The notes under the pieces are model-generated. The model did no database searches, was not told the origin of the DNA, and saw only the letters and a program-made list of their open reading frames with translations. A program made the translations under genes and the position numbers. A stretch of 62,447 nucleotides of DNA from a virus (taxonomy: Duplodnaviria; Caudoviricetes). Shown here piece by piece: positions 30,426-40,009 of this stretch. The stretch is from positions 1 to 62,447 of the IMG/VR virus record IMGVR_UViG_3300006919_000053. One strand, 5' to 3'. Every line of letters begins with the position of its first letter. Position 1 is the first letter of the stretch.

Positions 30426-31279
30426 ATCTCTAAAAGGAAATAATAATTAGCAGTTCCATCTCTATAAACAATCAACTTCATATCTGTATTGGCAGTAAAA
30501 TCAGCCCCCATCATTTTAGTTGCATTTGTAAAAGAAGGTTCTGAAGCAGCGTTAATACAAATATGAGCAAACCCTCCTGTAACTGCTCCATTTGCAACAG
30601 TGTAACTTGTGGTGTTATTTGCATCTGTGTAATAAGTTCCCGCTACATTTGAGAGGTCTATAGTACTTGGGTCTGCAGTTGAGTTTGTTGCTGAAGAAAC
30701 ACCTGTCGCTGCAGTAGAACCCGCTATTTGAGTTATTGAAAAAACACTATCTCCACTTATCATTGTTATAGAACCTGTGTTACCTTGAGTAATACTTCTA
30801 ATATCTACAATTTCTCCTGCGCTTAAATCAAGTAAAGCCGTTATGCTTGAAGAACCAACTGTCAAAGAACCTGAAGAACGCAAATACATATCTGAACCTC
30901 TATATCCTGTAGATGTGGCATCTACAAAAACTTCAAGACCAATCCTACCCCTTTGCATAGCACCTGTTGCGTTTACAATAGCTGAAACTAAATATTTTCC
31001 TGCGTTAGTAACTGTTACTCTGCCACTTGAAAGTGAATAATTTGTAGTATCAGTTATGGAATCAGTAACATTAAAAGGAACAATAGTAAAACTTGCAGTA
31101 TTTAAATCTGTCGTTGTGTTTGTTGAGCCATATTGAGCCACACTCACAGTAGAACTTCCACCACCTCCACTATAATTAGCATCAGCGTATGCCTTTGTAA
31201 TTAACGCATCATTCCCCTGCGAAGTAATTTGAGTATTACTTGCAGAAGAAGATACTACTGTATTAAAATTTGTTGCCAT
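30422..31279 (-). CDS. Tail fibre/spike protein with C1q/BclA-like head domain
   Basis: VPFN...GRVTVTNAGKYLVSA...LLDLSAGEIVDIR resembles the C1q/TNF jelly roll. Confidence 0.6.
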   Translation of the reverse strand: MATNFNTVVSSSASNTQITSQGNDALITKAYADANYSGGGGSSTVSVAQYGSTNTTTDLNTASFTIVPFNVTDSITDTTNYSLSSGRVTVTNAGKYLVSAIVNATGAMQRGRIGLEVFVDATSTGYRGSDMYLRSSGSLTVGSSSITALLDLSAGEIVDIRSITQGNTGSITMISGDSVFSITQIAGSTAATGVSSATNSTADPSTIDLSNVAGTYYTDANNTTSYTVANGAVTGGFAHICINAASEPSFTNATKMMGADFTANTDMKLIVYRDGTANYYFLLEI

Positions 31280-31283
31280 TCGA

Positions 31284-31314
31284 CAAAGATATGAATTTAA
31301 TTTTTATTTACAAA
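31284..31314 (-). promoter_or_regulatory. Bacteroidota sigma-A type promoter
   Basis: Minus strand TTTG-N19-TATCTTTG, 4 nt before the ATG at 31279. Confidence 0.6.
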
Positions 31315-31317
31315 ATA

Positions 31318-33489
31318 TTAGGTGTATGCTACTGAACCAGCAGTCGCTCCTTTCACAGAGGTTATTACAACCCTAAGGTCGTTTGAAGGTACGGCAGCAA
31401 AAACAATTTTTATTTTACTAGTGCTTGCCGAATCAGACTTATCTGTTCTGAATACATCTGCAAAAACAGTGGCTTCTGTGGTTTTATCATAAATTTGAAC
31501 TACAATGTCAGCTGTTCCTAAGTTGTGAGTTACCTCTGCATATAAGTTTGAGGAGTTTACACTTGCTGCCGCTATGTCAGCTACAACGCTTTTAGCTGCT
31601 AATGTGTCTGGAGTAACTACTTTGGTACCTAAGGTTCCTGTCTGGACTTCCGCGGCACTTGCGTAAGCAACACCTAAATTTGTTCTTGCTGTTGAAGCGC
31701 TTGAGGCTCCAGTACCTCCATCTGCGACAGGTAAATCTCCCGTAACATCTGTAGTTAGATTTATGGCGTTTCTAGTAATCTCTTGACCACTAATAGTAAT
31801 ATAATCTAACGAACCAATTAAAGTAACATCTGTTGAGTTATCAGTACCCGCTTGATCTACATCTAAGTTTGCTCTTGCGTCAGTTGCATTTGTAGCTCCA
31901 GTACCCCCATCAGATATAGCTAAAGTTCCTGTAATACTACTTGCACTTAAATCAACAGCGAGCTCTGTGCTTTCAAAAACAAGACCTCCATTTGCTTTAA
32001 TATCTGCGCTAATAGTACTTGATGTTATATCTATACCATTACCATCTGTAAAGTTTGTAATGTCAGATGTCAACGCTACTGTACCAGAGGCATTTGGCAA
32101 GTTAATTGTTCTGTCAGCAGTTGGATTGACAACATCTAATGTTGTTTCAAAATCATTTGCTGTTGCCCCTTCAAAAATAATACCACTTGAAGTGTTAATG
32201 ACTTCAACATTATTAACTGTTTGCGTTCCAGCTACAGTTATGTTTTGTACACTCAAGGTTTGTGTACTTGGATTGTAGTGGAAATTTGCTGCATCAGCCT
32301 CGTCTAATAATCCATTACTTCCGTTGTGATAAACAATGTTGAAATCAGAATTTGAAGCAGAATCTTCTGTTACACTCACAGTAGATGCAAGAGAAGGCAT
32401 TGTAACTGTTTTAGTGTTTACCGCTGTTACGTGTCCTTGTGTCGATGTTGTAATGCTGTCTATAGCTGTAAAGGTTGCTCCAGCGGCTGGAGTTGCAGTA
32501 GACGTATTGTTTGTTCTTGATACAGAGTCGTGGGTTATTGAGATTGTAGGTGACGTTGCTGAGTTAGCAGTAAATGTCCCGCTTCCTCCTAACACACCAG
32601 TACCTTGAACTGTTAAAGTCCCATTGTTTACAGTTGGCAAATCTCCCGTTGTTATAAAGCCACTAGTAGTGTTGTCGTAGTTCGCCAAATCATTATCCAC
32701 CACAAAATCCATGTTATTGTTCGCATCATCATACGTAACTGTGATTAATGTTTTCGTACCTCCTGTAGCGATAAAAGGACCAACAATGTCTTGAACTTGC
32801 TCAGTAGATAATTGTGTGTTAGTGTTAGTGTCTGTCCATGGCACGTTAACAACCATTTGGTCGTCACTATTAAGTTGAACACCATAAGTTCTGCCAGCTG
32901 TTGTTGTAACACTATTTGCAGCTACTGTCTGGTCTGTATTGCTAAAAAGCTGAACACCACCTGTTACTGTAGATGTAGCTAAAGGAAGCGTATAAACCGT
33001 ATCGGTATCTGTCCATGGCACGTTAACAACGGCTTGACCACTTGAGTTTAGTTGGATACCATAGGTTCTCCCACTTGTTGATGAAACAGCATTTGCAGCT
33101 ACAGATTGGTCTGTATCACTAAATAGTTCTATACCACCTCTAACACTACTTGTCGCTTCATTTAAGTTTATTTGAACCGTGTCTGTAGCTTGAACAACTG
33201 TTGAAATACCAGTTCCTCCAGCAATATCAAGATTAGCTGCGTCGTCAATAGTCTGGTTTGTTCCACTATCTGCTGTTAGAGTAAAACTACTCATTGTTCC
33301 AGAAGAAGTACCTACTGTCTGCCAACTGCTTCCATCATAAAACTTTAAAGAAGTCCCATCAATAATAATAAGACCTTTGTTTCCAGTACCTAGTCCTGTG
33401 AAACTTGTTTCAGCCGCGTTGTGTACACGCGTATTTTTAATCTCTGCTACTTTTTGTAGATCTAAGTGATTTAAAATTGGTATTGCCAT
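31318..33489 (-). CDS. Tail fibre protein with internal repeats
   Basis: 723 aa, T/S/G-rich; 59-aa tandem repeat ending VVNVPWTD; two DGGTGA...ARxNL fibre motifs; C-terminal VTHNLGT. Confidence 0.8.
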   Translation of the reverse strand: MAIPILNHLDLQKVAEIKNTRVHNAAETSFTGLGTGNKGLIIIDGTSLKFYDGSSWQTVGTSSGTMSSFTLTADSGTNQTIDDAANLDIAGGTGISTVVQATDTVQINLNEATSSVRGGIELFSDTDQSVAANAVSSTSGRTYGIQLNSSGQAVVNVPWTDTDTVYTLPLATSTVTGGVQLFSNTDQTVAANSVTTTAGRTYGVQLNSDDQMVVNVPWTDTNTNTQLSTEQVQDIVGPFIATGGTKTLITVTYDDANNNMDFVVDNDLANYDNTTSGFITTGDLPTVNNGTLTVQGTGVLGGSGTFTANSATSPTISITHDSVSRTNNTSTATPAAGATFTAIDSITTSTQGHVTAVNTKTVTMPSLASTVSVTEDSASNSDFNIVYHNGSNGLLDEADAANFHYNPSTQTLSVQNITVAGTQTVNNVEVINTSSGIIFEGATANDFETTLDVVNPTADRTINLPNASGTVALTSDITNFTDGNGIDITSSTISADIKANGGLVFESTELAVDLSASSITGTLAISDGGTGATNATDARANLDVDQAGTDNSTDVTLIGSLDYITISGQEITRNAINLTTDVTGDLPVADGGTGASSASTARTNLGVAYASAAEVQTGTLGTKVVTPDTLAAKSVVADIAAASVNSSNLYAEVTHNLGTADIVVQIYDKTTEATVFADVFRTDKSDSASTSKIKIVFAAVPSNDLRVVITSVKGATAGSVAYT
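32821..33160 (-). repeat. Two ~177-bp (59-codon) tandem repeat units inside the fibre gene
   Basis: TCCATGGCACGTTAACAAC at 32835 and 33012; the repeated peptide is visible in translation. Confidence 0.85.
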
Positions 33490-33492
33490 AAT

Positions 33493-34122
33493 CTATTTTT
33501 TTATATACGCGTATCCGCTTTGTGATTGTAAAAAATTTATTGTTAATCGATTTTCGTTTATATAAGTAACAATGCCCATTGCTTGAACATCGTTGTATAC
33601 AGCCCCTTCCGTTAACTTTACAGTTATCGTCGGAAGATAATTTTGCAACCCTAAATTATGGGTTATATCCCAAGTTTCTGAAGAGTTGTTTTGAAAATGT
33701 TTATGCGTTACTTTTTTGTTCTGCCAAGCTGAAGATGTTGAACTGTATTCTAATATATCTCCATCAGATACGTTAGAAACGATAACATCACTTGCTGTAT
33801 CTATAGTCCCTACAGAACCAGTAGCTCCAGTTTCACCTTGAGGTCCAGTTAAATCTGGAGTTGTAAAAGTAGTGGAATCTGTAAAGTTAAATGTAAATGT
33901 TCCATCTTGATTGTCTGTAACAGAATCAATACCGTTTCCGTCATTACCATCAGCTCCAGCGGCTCCTTGGGCATAGTTTATAATACCGCCAGAAACCACA
34001 ACGTCAACACTAACAGGAGATGTTTTATCTACAAGTTCTACCGTTATTGAATTTGTTTTTTCAATAACATTGACAGTAGTTGCGCTAGTTTTTTCTATTA
34101 AATTAACTGTACTTACCGCCAC
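33493..34122 (-). CDS. Tail fibre-associated protein with short collagen-like segments
   Basis: GAAGADGNDG, GPQGETGATG; DGDILEYSSTSSAWQN; WDITHNLG. Confidence 0.7.
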   Translation of the reverse strand: MAVSTVNLIEKTSATTVNVIEKTNSITVELVDKTSPVSVDVVVSGGIINYAQGAAGADGNDGNGIDSVTDNQDGTFTFNFTDSTTFTTPDLTGPQGETGATGSVGTIDTASDVIVSNVSDGDILEYSSTSSAWQNKKVTHKHFQNNSSETWDITHNLGLQNYLPTITVKLTEGAVYNDVQAMGIVTYINENRLTINFLQSQSGYAYIKK

Positions 34123-34126
34123 TTTA

Positions 34127-34495
34127 TTATGTTGTTATTTCGCTTAATACTTTTATTTCTCCTTTAACGTATGTTTTTACCTTAGTAGGATTAGTTGTTG
34201 TTATCTGCAAGTCATATACAAAAGTACCAGCACCCCAGTCGATAGCATCTGTCATTGATATTTTCAATATTCCAGAATCTCCATCTTGAGTATCAGTATC
34301 AACCCATTCAAGTCCGCTACCAATAGTCAATGTTTCGACTGCTGTTGATAAATCTTTTTTGTTTTTTATCTGTAATCTGGGAGTAGAGCCCGATAAATCA
34401 TTTACAGTATTAGTGTCGTTTATAAAAAAATTAAACGTTACTTCCTCAAAACTATCTCCGTTATATTGGTCAGGTATGTTAAAAATAGCTGCCAT
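34127..34495 (-). CDS. Tail/baseplate Ig-like (BppU-N-like) protein
   Basis: GDSF...DLSG...GTFVYDLQIT...KTYVKGEIKV pattern. Confidence 0.55.
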   Translation of the reverse strand: MAAIFNIPDQYNGDSFEEVTFNFFINDTNTVNDLSGSTPRLQIKNKKDLSTAVETLTIGSGLEWVDTDTQDGDSGILKISMTDAIDWGAGTFVYDLQITTTNPTKVKTYVKGEIKVLSEITT

Positions 34496-34564
34496 GTTCT
34501 ATATTTTATTACTTCTTTTTATCTTATTTTATATTACGTAATTTGTTTGTATGTTAATTTGTTA

Positions 34565-35125
34565 TTATGGTTGGTTTGGGTCGTAATCTCTACCAGCGGC
34601 TTGATAATATTCATAATCTCTAGGGCTGTTTGTAACGCCCGCACTACCAGAACTAATTCTTATTTTTATGGCCCTTGGAGCTCCATCAATAGCATTCCCA
34701 GCTATAGTGACCTGGAAAGTATCCCCATCAGAAACACCTGTGTTCCCGCCATTTGGAAAACTAGCCCATGAGGTTCCGTCTCCAAAGTTAACAAAAGAAC
34801 AACTACCCACAACTGAATTTGGGTCTGGAGAAACGTTAAAGGTAATCGTAAAGGTTTCGCCTATTGCTGCCCTTGGAGAAGATGATGAAGATGCTGGTAT
34901 TCCAGAAAGCCCTATACTGTACGTTACAGCAACAGCATCATGGTTATAGTTTTGAAACTCGCTCATATTATCAGTTCCAGCTACATTGTATGTTACGTCA
35001 AATCCATCTGAGTTTGCATACTGAAAAGCCTCTGATAAAGACTGAATATTTTGCACATCACCATCATCTATAGCAACTTTTATGTCATCTTTTAAAGAAA
35101 GATTGTTAGTTGGTAAATTAGGCAT
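34565..35125 (-). CDS. Virion protein with C-terminal BACON-like domain
   Basis: SWASF...G.DTFQVTIAGN....RAIKIRIS...YYQ resembles the BACON consensus (W...N....R...Q). Confidence 0.5.
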   Translation of the reverse strand: MPNLPTNNLSLKDDIKVAIDDGDVQNIQSLSEAFQYANSDGFDVTYNVAGTDNMSEFQNYNHDAVAVTYSIGLSGIPASSSSSPRAAIGETFTITFNVSPDPNSVVGSCSFVNFGDGTSWASFPNGGNTGVSDGDTFQVTIAGNAIDGAPRAIKIRISSGSAGVTNSPRDYEYYQAAGRDYDPNQP

Positions 35126-38100
35126 TTTCTAACTGTTTTATTCTATCTTCAAGCTCTACAATTTTTGCAACAAGAAGGTCGATGTAAGAAACACTCTTAT
35201 ACCCGAGCTCTGTCTCTTTAATAAACTCTGGATGATGTTTTTCTAGCTCTTGGGCTACAACACCGAACCTTGTTTGTTTTTTATCTTTAAAGTTATATTC
35301 TTTAAAATCTACATTTATTCTTCTTGGCTTTAGATCTATTATATTTTCTTTTAACCTTTCATCTGAAGTTAATTGAAAGTCTGGGGCTATAAGAGTCGCA
35401 TCAAACTCTTGATTTGTTGCAGTATCTTTGTTAGCAAAACTACTTGGGTTCACCCCGTTTAAGTTATCAGTGAAAACATTAAGGAATCTTAGTCCACTAG
35501 TTCCTATGTTTATAGCTGAATCTGTACTTGGTGTAATATTTCCACTTAAAGAAATCGTACTTAAAGTTGAGTTGTTTGTAACTGTAAGGGAGTTTGCTGT
35601 AACCGCATCTTGAAAGTTACAGGTAGAGCTAACACTTAAAGTCCCTGTAATTGTAGTATTCCCAGAAGAAAGTGTCCCAGATGTAGATACATTACCGTCA
35701 GCATCTACAGTAAAATTATCTGTATCTACAGCAATACCTCCATTAAGATTAGCTACTCCTGTAGCTCTTAAAGTCCCAGATACTGATGTGTTACCGTCTA
35801 CGTTAAATTTATAGTTATTATCAATAGTTCCTATACCTACATTGTCACTCGAATCTATTAAAACACCGCCAGAGGTTGAACTTGCATTAGACAAGAATAA
35901 ATTGCCACTAGCGGACATTCCTAAATACCCATAAACTACAGTGTTGTCATTATTAGAGCCGTCACTACCTATACGGATATGACCAGAGCTACCAAAAGTG
36001 TCGAACGTAGCTATCAAGTTATTTCCAGTAGTATCATTTCTTCTGGCAAGAAGCATGCCGTTTGCACTTTCTGTTCCTACAAGATTTATTTCTGTACTAG
36101 AATCATTGTCTTGTGCGAGAACTTCACCAATTCCAGGAACTCCGATTTCTTCATCAAGAGCATCGTTAAGGGTTTCTAGCGTTATAACTTTATTGCTTGA
36201 AGCGTTGCTGGAAAGGTTTCGTGCCTCAGTCTCTGTTGCTAGCTGAACCACCCCTTCTGAAGTTGTAGTGGCAACTGGAGTAGATATTGTTAAAGCTGGG
36301 TAACTGTTTCCTCCAACAGAAAAACCTTCACTTTCATAAGAAAAAGTAGTATTGTCGCCTTGTATAAGATAAAAATAACCTGTAGAAGCTGTTCTAGTCA
36401 CTGCTGAACCATCCAAAGATACACCTATTAATGTTTCTGAATTACCCAAATCACTCTTTGTAGCAAGCCCGTTTGGGCTTGTTGTGTCTGCGGCTATTAT
36501 TGGATTTGCTGGGTCATCATCATCTTGTGTGATATTAATATACGCTCCAGCTTTCAAAACGGTTTGAGAACTTAAATCAGTCTCGGTAGGATTATTAATA
36601 ACCAATCTAATTTGTTCTGAATTTGAATCCTTTTCAAACTTTATACTCTCAACTACATTGTTTTTAATAGTACTAAGCTCACCTGAGGTTAAAGAGACTT
36701 GGTTCGGTCCCAGGGTAATCTGGTCTCCTGTAATTATAATGCTGTTAGCAAAAGTTGAAGTACTCGAAGTAAAAATATTACCTCCGCTAGAATCTTGTAA
36801 ATCTCCTCCTCTTAAATCACCTTTAAACCATTCGCTCTGTCTATTTAATATTTTAGTTCCGTCATTTTTAAAAAGGTCGGTTTTTGCTTTCCCCTCTATA
36901 TAAGAAGCTGAACCAGAAACTGTTAATGTTCCAGTCATTGTATCTCCAGTAACCTCTACATATCTAGCGTCATTAGTGTTATTCAATTCATCTATATCTA
37001 CAGATATTGAATAATAGTCGTTATCGGTATCAGCAGTTAAATCTATATACTTAGATCCATATATTCTATTTGAAAGCGTTCTGTCGTCATCTGTTGTTTC
37101 GCCTTTTAACTTTATGTCAATACTGTCTGCATTTACTAATGCACTATTTAGATCAGTGAAAGTGACTTCAGTACCATCTCCTGTAAAATACTCAATGTTT
37201 CTAACCCAACTTCCGTATGCAGATTTGAAATTGTTTACATCTACTTTACTAATTGAAGTTTGATTAGCACCTCTATCAAAAACTATAGTTGAAGATTGAG
37301 CTAAATCCAAATCCCCTCCAACATCAAGGTCGGTTGTAATATCAAGACCTCTTTGAAACACAGGGCCGTTAGAATTGTCTCCTATACTAAGCTCTAAGGC
37401 TCCGTCTTGATGATACAGGTCTCCTCTAAACCAAGAATCTTTTTGATAATTTGACCCGTTTGTAGTTCCGTTATTTAAAAGCCTAGTTGATAGGTTATCT
37501 GCATATATATCACCAGCAACTCCATAGGGCCCAGAAAACTGAAGCATTCCTGTCATTGTATCTCCATCAATGTTCACATAAAGTAAATCTAGAGCACTAG
37601 TGTTTACATCTAAAGTTATTGGGTCGTTTGAATCTGGTCCATCGGTTTCTCCATCGCCTTCTGTAAATGATATGTCTATATATGTGCCACCTGTTATGTT
37701 ATTTGAGGTAGTAACATAATTACTGGACTCATTGTCTTTAACCAGCCTTAACTGAATATCTCCTGTTTGTGTATTAGTATCGTAGTTTACAAGGTCGTAA
37801 TACAATGTGGTTATTACATTTGAATCCCAAGTAGATATTTTACTTGCATCAATATATTCTTCTTGAGAAACTCCGTTCCCGTCTTCAATATGTCTTCCAA
37901 AATAAATCTGTGAAGTTACTCCAAGGTCAATATCAAAATTTGTTGTAATAACATCTTGGCCTAATCCGCTATCAAAAACAGGTGTTCCAATATTTAAATC
38001 CGTTGTAAAAGCAACTTCGCTTGAATCGAAAATAGTGGTTCCAGCGGTTAATACTTTAGAAAGTCCACTCCCAGACTGTGTGGCTGTTATAATATCCCCA

Positions 38101-39329
38101 GAAATGTTACCTTGTAAAATAGGGGTTGCACTACTACCACTAGCAGTATATAAAGCCAGAACAGAGCCGTCTGGATTAAAGACTTGCCCTTTTAAATTAC
38201 CCTGGAAAGTCCCAACAAACTCTGGGGTACTACCCGCAAAGCCTGTATATGTCGATGCTGAAATTGTTACTGTGTCGCTCTCTCCATCTGAAGACTCGTT
38301 AAAAAGAACAACATTTGTTGTTGTACCTGCGTTAACTCTGTTAGCAACAACACCTTCAGTATCTGAAATAATCAAATCTCCTTCTACATCTCCTTCTAGA
38401 TTTCCGATAAACCTGGCGTCTGTTATGTTACCACCGTTTTGTGTTTTTACATTTCCTGTAACAACAAGCATGGCGTAGTCAGACCCATAATCTGTATACC
38501 AATCTGTTGTGTCGCTAGGTGCAAGAGAGACCCCTCCATTACCAATAAGGGTCCATCCTCTTGTGATTTCATCACCACCAATATCAAAGGTAACTTCTGA
38601 GAAATCAAAAAATGAAACTGGCAAGCTCCCAATCTCCACAAGACCATATCCGTCTGAATTGTCTTTTAATATAATTTTATCTGTAGTACCTATAACGATT
38701 TCCGAAGAATGGTCTGTTAGGTTTGAAAGACCGTCAATATCATCTAATATTTCCAGTGCTTTTTGTACATGATTGTCATTATTATCACCCAATGCAGATA
38801 AGTTGCCTGTAAAATTTGAGTTTGCTGTTACAACTGTAATTGTACTTGCTGCTTTTTTGAAATTAGATAAGCTTAACCCAATGTCGTCTTGATTACTAAC
38901 AGTAAAAGTAACTTGAGCCGTAGAATCATTAATATTAACTCCTGTTAGAAAATCATTATTATCTGTATTTGTTGTTGGGGCCCACTGAGAGTTAGCATTG
39001 TCCCATGCCAAAACTTGCCCATCTGTTGGTGCTGTCGATGCTACATTATTAATATCAGCAAGATTATACACAAACCCCGTTATATCTACACCATCAGTAA
39101 GGCCATTTAAAGTCAGTGTTAAAGTGCCTTCAGATAACGAACCTGAGGTTACATAATAATTTGTGTCAGTTACACCCTCGATTAAAATAGATTCACCGTT
39201 TTGTTGGTTTAAACTAATAGTCTTGTTTGTGTCCCCAGACACAGTAGTTGATTTAATACTTCTACTGTAAGCCGTGTCCCAAGTTCTTTTAGTAAAACCT
39301 TTTACACTATCAGCTTTTATTCTAGCCAT
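35118..39329 (-). CDS. Long tail fibre with C-terminal intramolecular chaperone (peptidase S74)
   Basis: 1403 aa; SDERLKENI...GVVAQELE...VSYIDLLVAKIVELE; GDTMTG and NVGIGT fibre motifs. Confidence 0.9.
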   Translation of the reverse strand: MARIKADSVKGFTKRTWDTAYSRSIKSTTVSGDTNKTISLNQQNGESILIEGVTDTNYYVTSGSLSEGTLTLTLNGLTDGVDITGFVYNLADINNVASTAPTDGQVLAWDNANSQWAPTTNTDNNDFLTGVNINDSTAQVTFTVSNQDDIGLSLSNFKKAASTITVVTANSNFTGNLSALGDNNDNHVQKALEILDDIDGLSNLTDHSSEIVIGTTDKIILKDNSDGYGLVEIGSLPVSFFDFSEVTFDIGGDEITRGWTLIGNGGVSLAPSDTTDWYTDYGSDYAMLVVTGNVKTQNGGNITDARFIGNLEGDVEGDLIISDTEGVVANRVNAGTTTNVVLFNESSDGESDTVTISASTYTGFAGSTPEFVGTFQGNLKGQVFNPDGSVLALYTASGSSATPILQGNISGDIITATQSGSGLSKVLTAGTTIFDSSEVAFTTDLNIGTPVFDSGLGQDVITTNFDIDLGVTSQIYFGRHIEDGNGVSQEEYIDASKISTWDSNVITTLYYDLVNYDTNTQTGDIQLRLVKDNESSNYVTTSNNITGGTYIDISFTEGDGETDGPDSNDPITLDVNTSALDLLYVNIDGDTMTGMLQFSGPYGVAGDIYADNLSTRLLNNGTTNGSNYQKDSWFRGDLYHQDGALELSIGDNSNGPVFQRGLDITTDLDVGGDLDLAQSSTIVFDRGANQTSISKVDVNNFKSAYGSWVRNIEYFTGDGTEVTFTDLNSALVNADSIDIKLKGETTDDDRTLSNRIYGSKYIDLTADTDNDYYSISVDIDELNNTNDARYVEVTGDTMTGTLTVSGSASYIEGKAKTDLFKNDGTKILNRQSEWFKGDLRGGDLQDSSGGNIFTSSTSTFANSIIITGDQITLGPNQVSLTSGELSTIKNNVVESIKFEKDSNSEQIRLVINNPTETDLSSQTVLKAGAYINITQDDDDPANPIIAADTTSPNGLATKSDLGNSETLIGVSLDGSAVTRTASTGYFYLIQGDNTTFSYESEGFSVGGNSYPALTISTPVATTTSEGVVQLATETEARNLSSNASSNKVITLETLNDALDEEIGVPGIGEVLAQDNDSSTEINLVGTESANGMLLARRNDTTGNNLIATFDTFGSSGHIRIGSDGSNNDNTVVYGYLGMSASGNLFLSNASSTSGGVLIDSSDNVGIGTIDNNYKFNVDGNTSVSGTLRATGVANLNGGIAVDTDNFTVDADGNVSTSGTLSSGNTTITGTLSVSSTCNFQDAVTANSLTVTNNSTLSTISLSGNITPSTDSAINIGTSGLRFLNVFTDNLNGVNPSSFANKDTATNQEFDATLIAPDFQLTSDERLKENIIDLKPRRINVDFKEYNFKDKKQTRFGVVAQELEKHHPEFIKETELGYKSVSYIDLLVAKIVELEDRIKQLENA

Positions 39330-39334
39330 GTCAA

Positions 39335-39589
39335 TTAAGCGTTTCTTTTCGTATTGTACTTTTTAGTCCCTCTACCGTGTCCACTTCTGTTTTTATTGAC
39401 AGATACAAAAGACATGGTGTTATGGTCAAAATCCTTACCATTTAAGTTCATGCCACGCTTTTTGGCAGCACGACGCTTTCTTTGATTCTCTGCCTTCATC
39501 CTTCTTCTTCTTGGCGTCATTGCGATTGCTTTGTCTCTAATAGCCTTTGCTCTAGCAGCCTCTGGACTTAATTTTTGTTTTCTACTCAT
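39335..39589 (-). CDS. Small basic protein, degenerate HNH-like (probable start MSRKQK at 39589)
   Basis: RRAAKKRG...GKDFDH...VSVNKNRS; the track's 5' extension runs through the non-coding palindromic site. Confidence 0.6.
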   Translation of the reverse strand: MSRKQKLSPEAARAKAIRDKAIAMTPRRRRMKAENQRKRRAAKKRGMNLNGKDFDHNTMSFVSVNKNRSGHGRGTKKYNTKRNA

Positions 39590-39629
39590 AGTATATAATA
39601 TTACACGGGGCATCGAAAAATAAAAAGTA

Positions 39630-39672
39630 TGACAATAGCCCCTTATATATATAATATATAACCCTAATGTCA
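39630..39672. promoter_or_regulatory. 43-bp inverted-repeat site, copy 1 (TGACAATAG-N25-CTAATGTCA)
   Basis: Same arms and 25-nt AT-rich spacer length as the sites at 42096 and 48249. Confidence 0.8.
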
Positions 39673-39876
39673 TGTTTTTTTGTAAAAAAAGTTGTGAGAT
39701 ATATGGAAGTTGGGGGTTATACCATAACTTACTGATACTCAAGCTGTTACGGAAAACGTTTCTTTTTACCCCAGGGGGGTCTGATTTATGTAAATTTAGT
39801 GTAAACTTTCAGCTTTTTGTCTTAACCTTTACTTAACACTGCCCTATGCTACAACTAATCTAGATATTGCTTAGAA

Positions 39877-39905
39877 GCAAATCCACTACGAGACGTTTTT
39901 GATAA
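39877..39905 (+). promoter_or_regulatory. Putative phage early promoter, copy 1
   Basis: GCAAATCCACTACGA-GACGTTT-TTGATAA. Confidence 0.7.
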
Positions 39906-39960
39906 TTAAGGTGTAGTAAGGGAAGCAACAGAGCAACCGACACAAGAGAAGAGGAGCCAA

Positions 39961-39989
39961 GCAAACTCACTACGAGATGGAACTGATAA
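39961..39989 (+). promoter_or_regulatory. Putative phage early promoter, copy 2 (variant)
   Basis: GCAAACTCACTACGA-GATGGAA-CTGATAA, 20 nt before the ATG at 40010. Confidence 0.65.
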
Positions 39990-40009
39990 CTTAATAAAAT
40001 AGTAAAGAT

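Noticed and set aside
32821-33160. Diversity-generating retroelement TR/VR pair
   Set aside because: Both repeats are in-frame coding units, differences are not adenine-specific, and no reverse transcriptase is present
240-38772. Many + strand ORFs in the track opposite the structural genes, and - strand ORFs opposite the plus arm
   Set aside because: They are antisense shadows of long real genes, with S/F/L-rich low-information translations
39690-39870. tRNA or known structured RNA in the divergent intergenic region
   Set aside because: No cloverleaf or T-loop GTTCRA context seen; only short palindromes such as CCCCAGGGG
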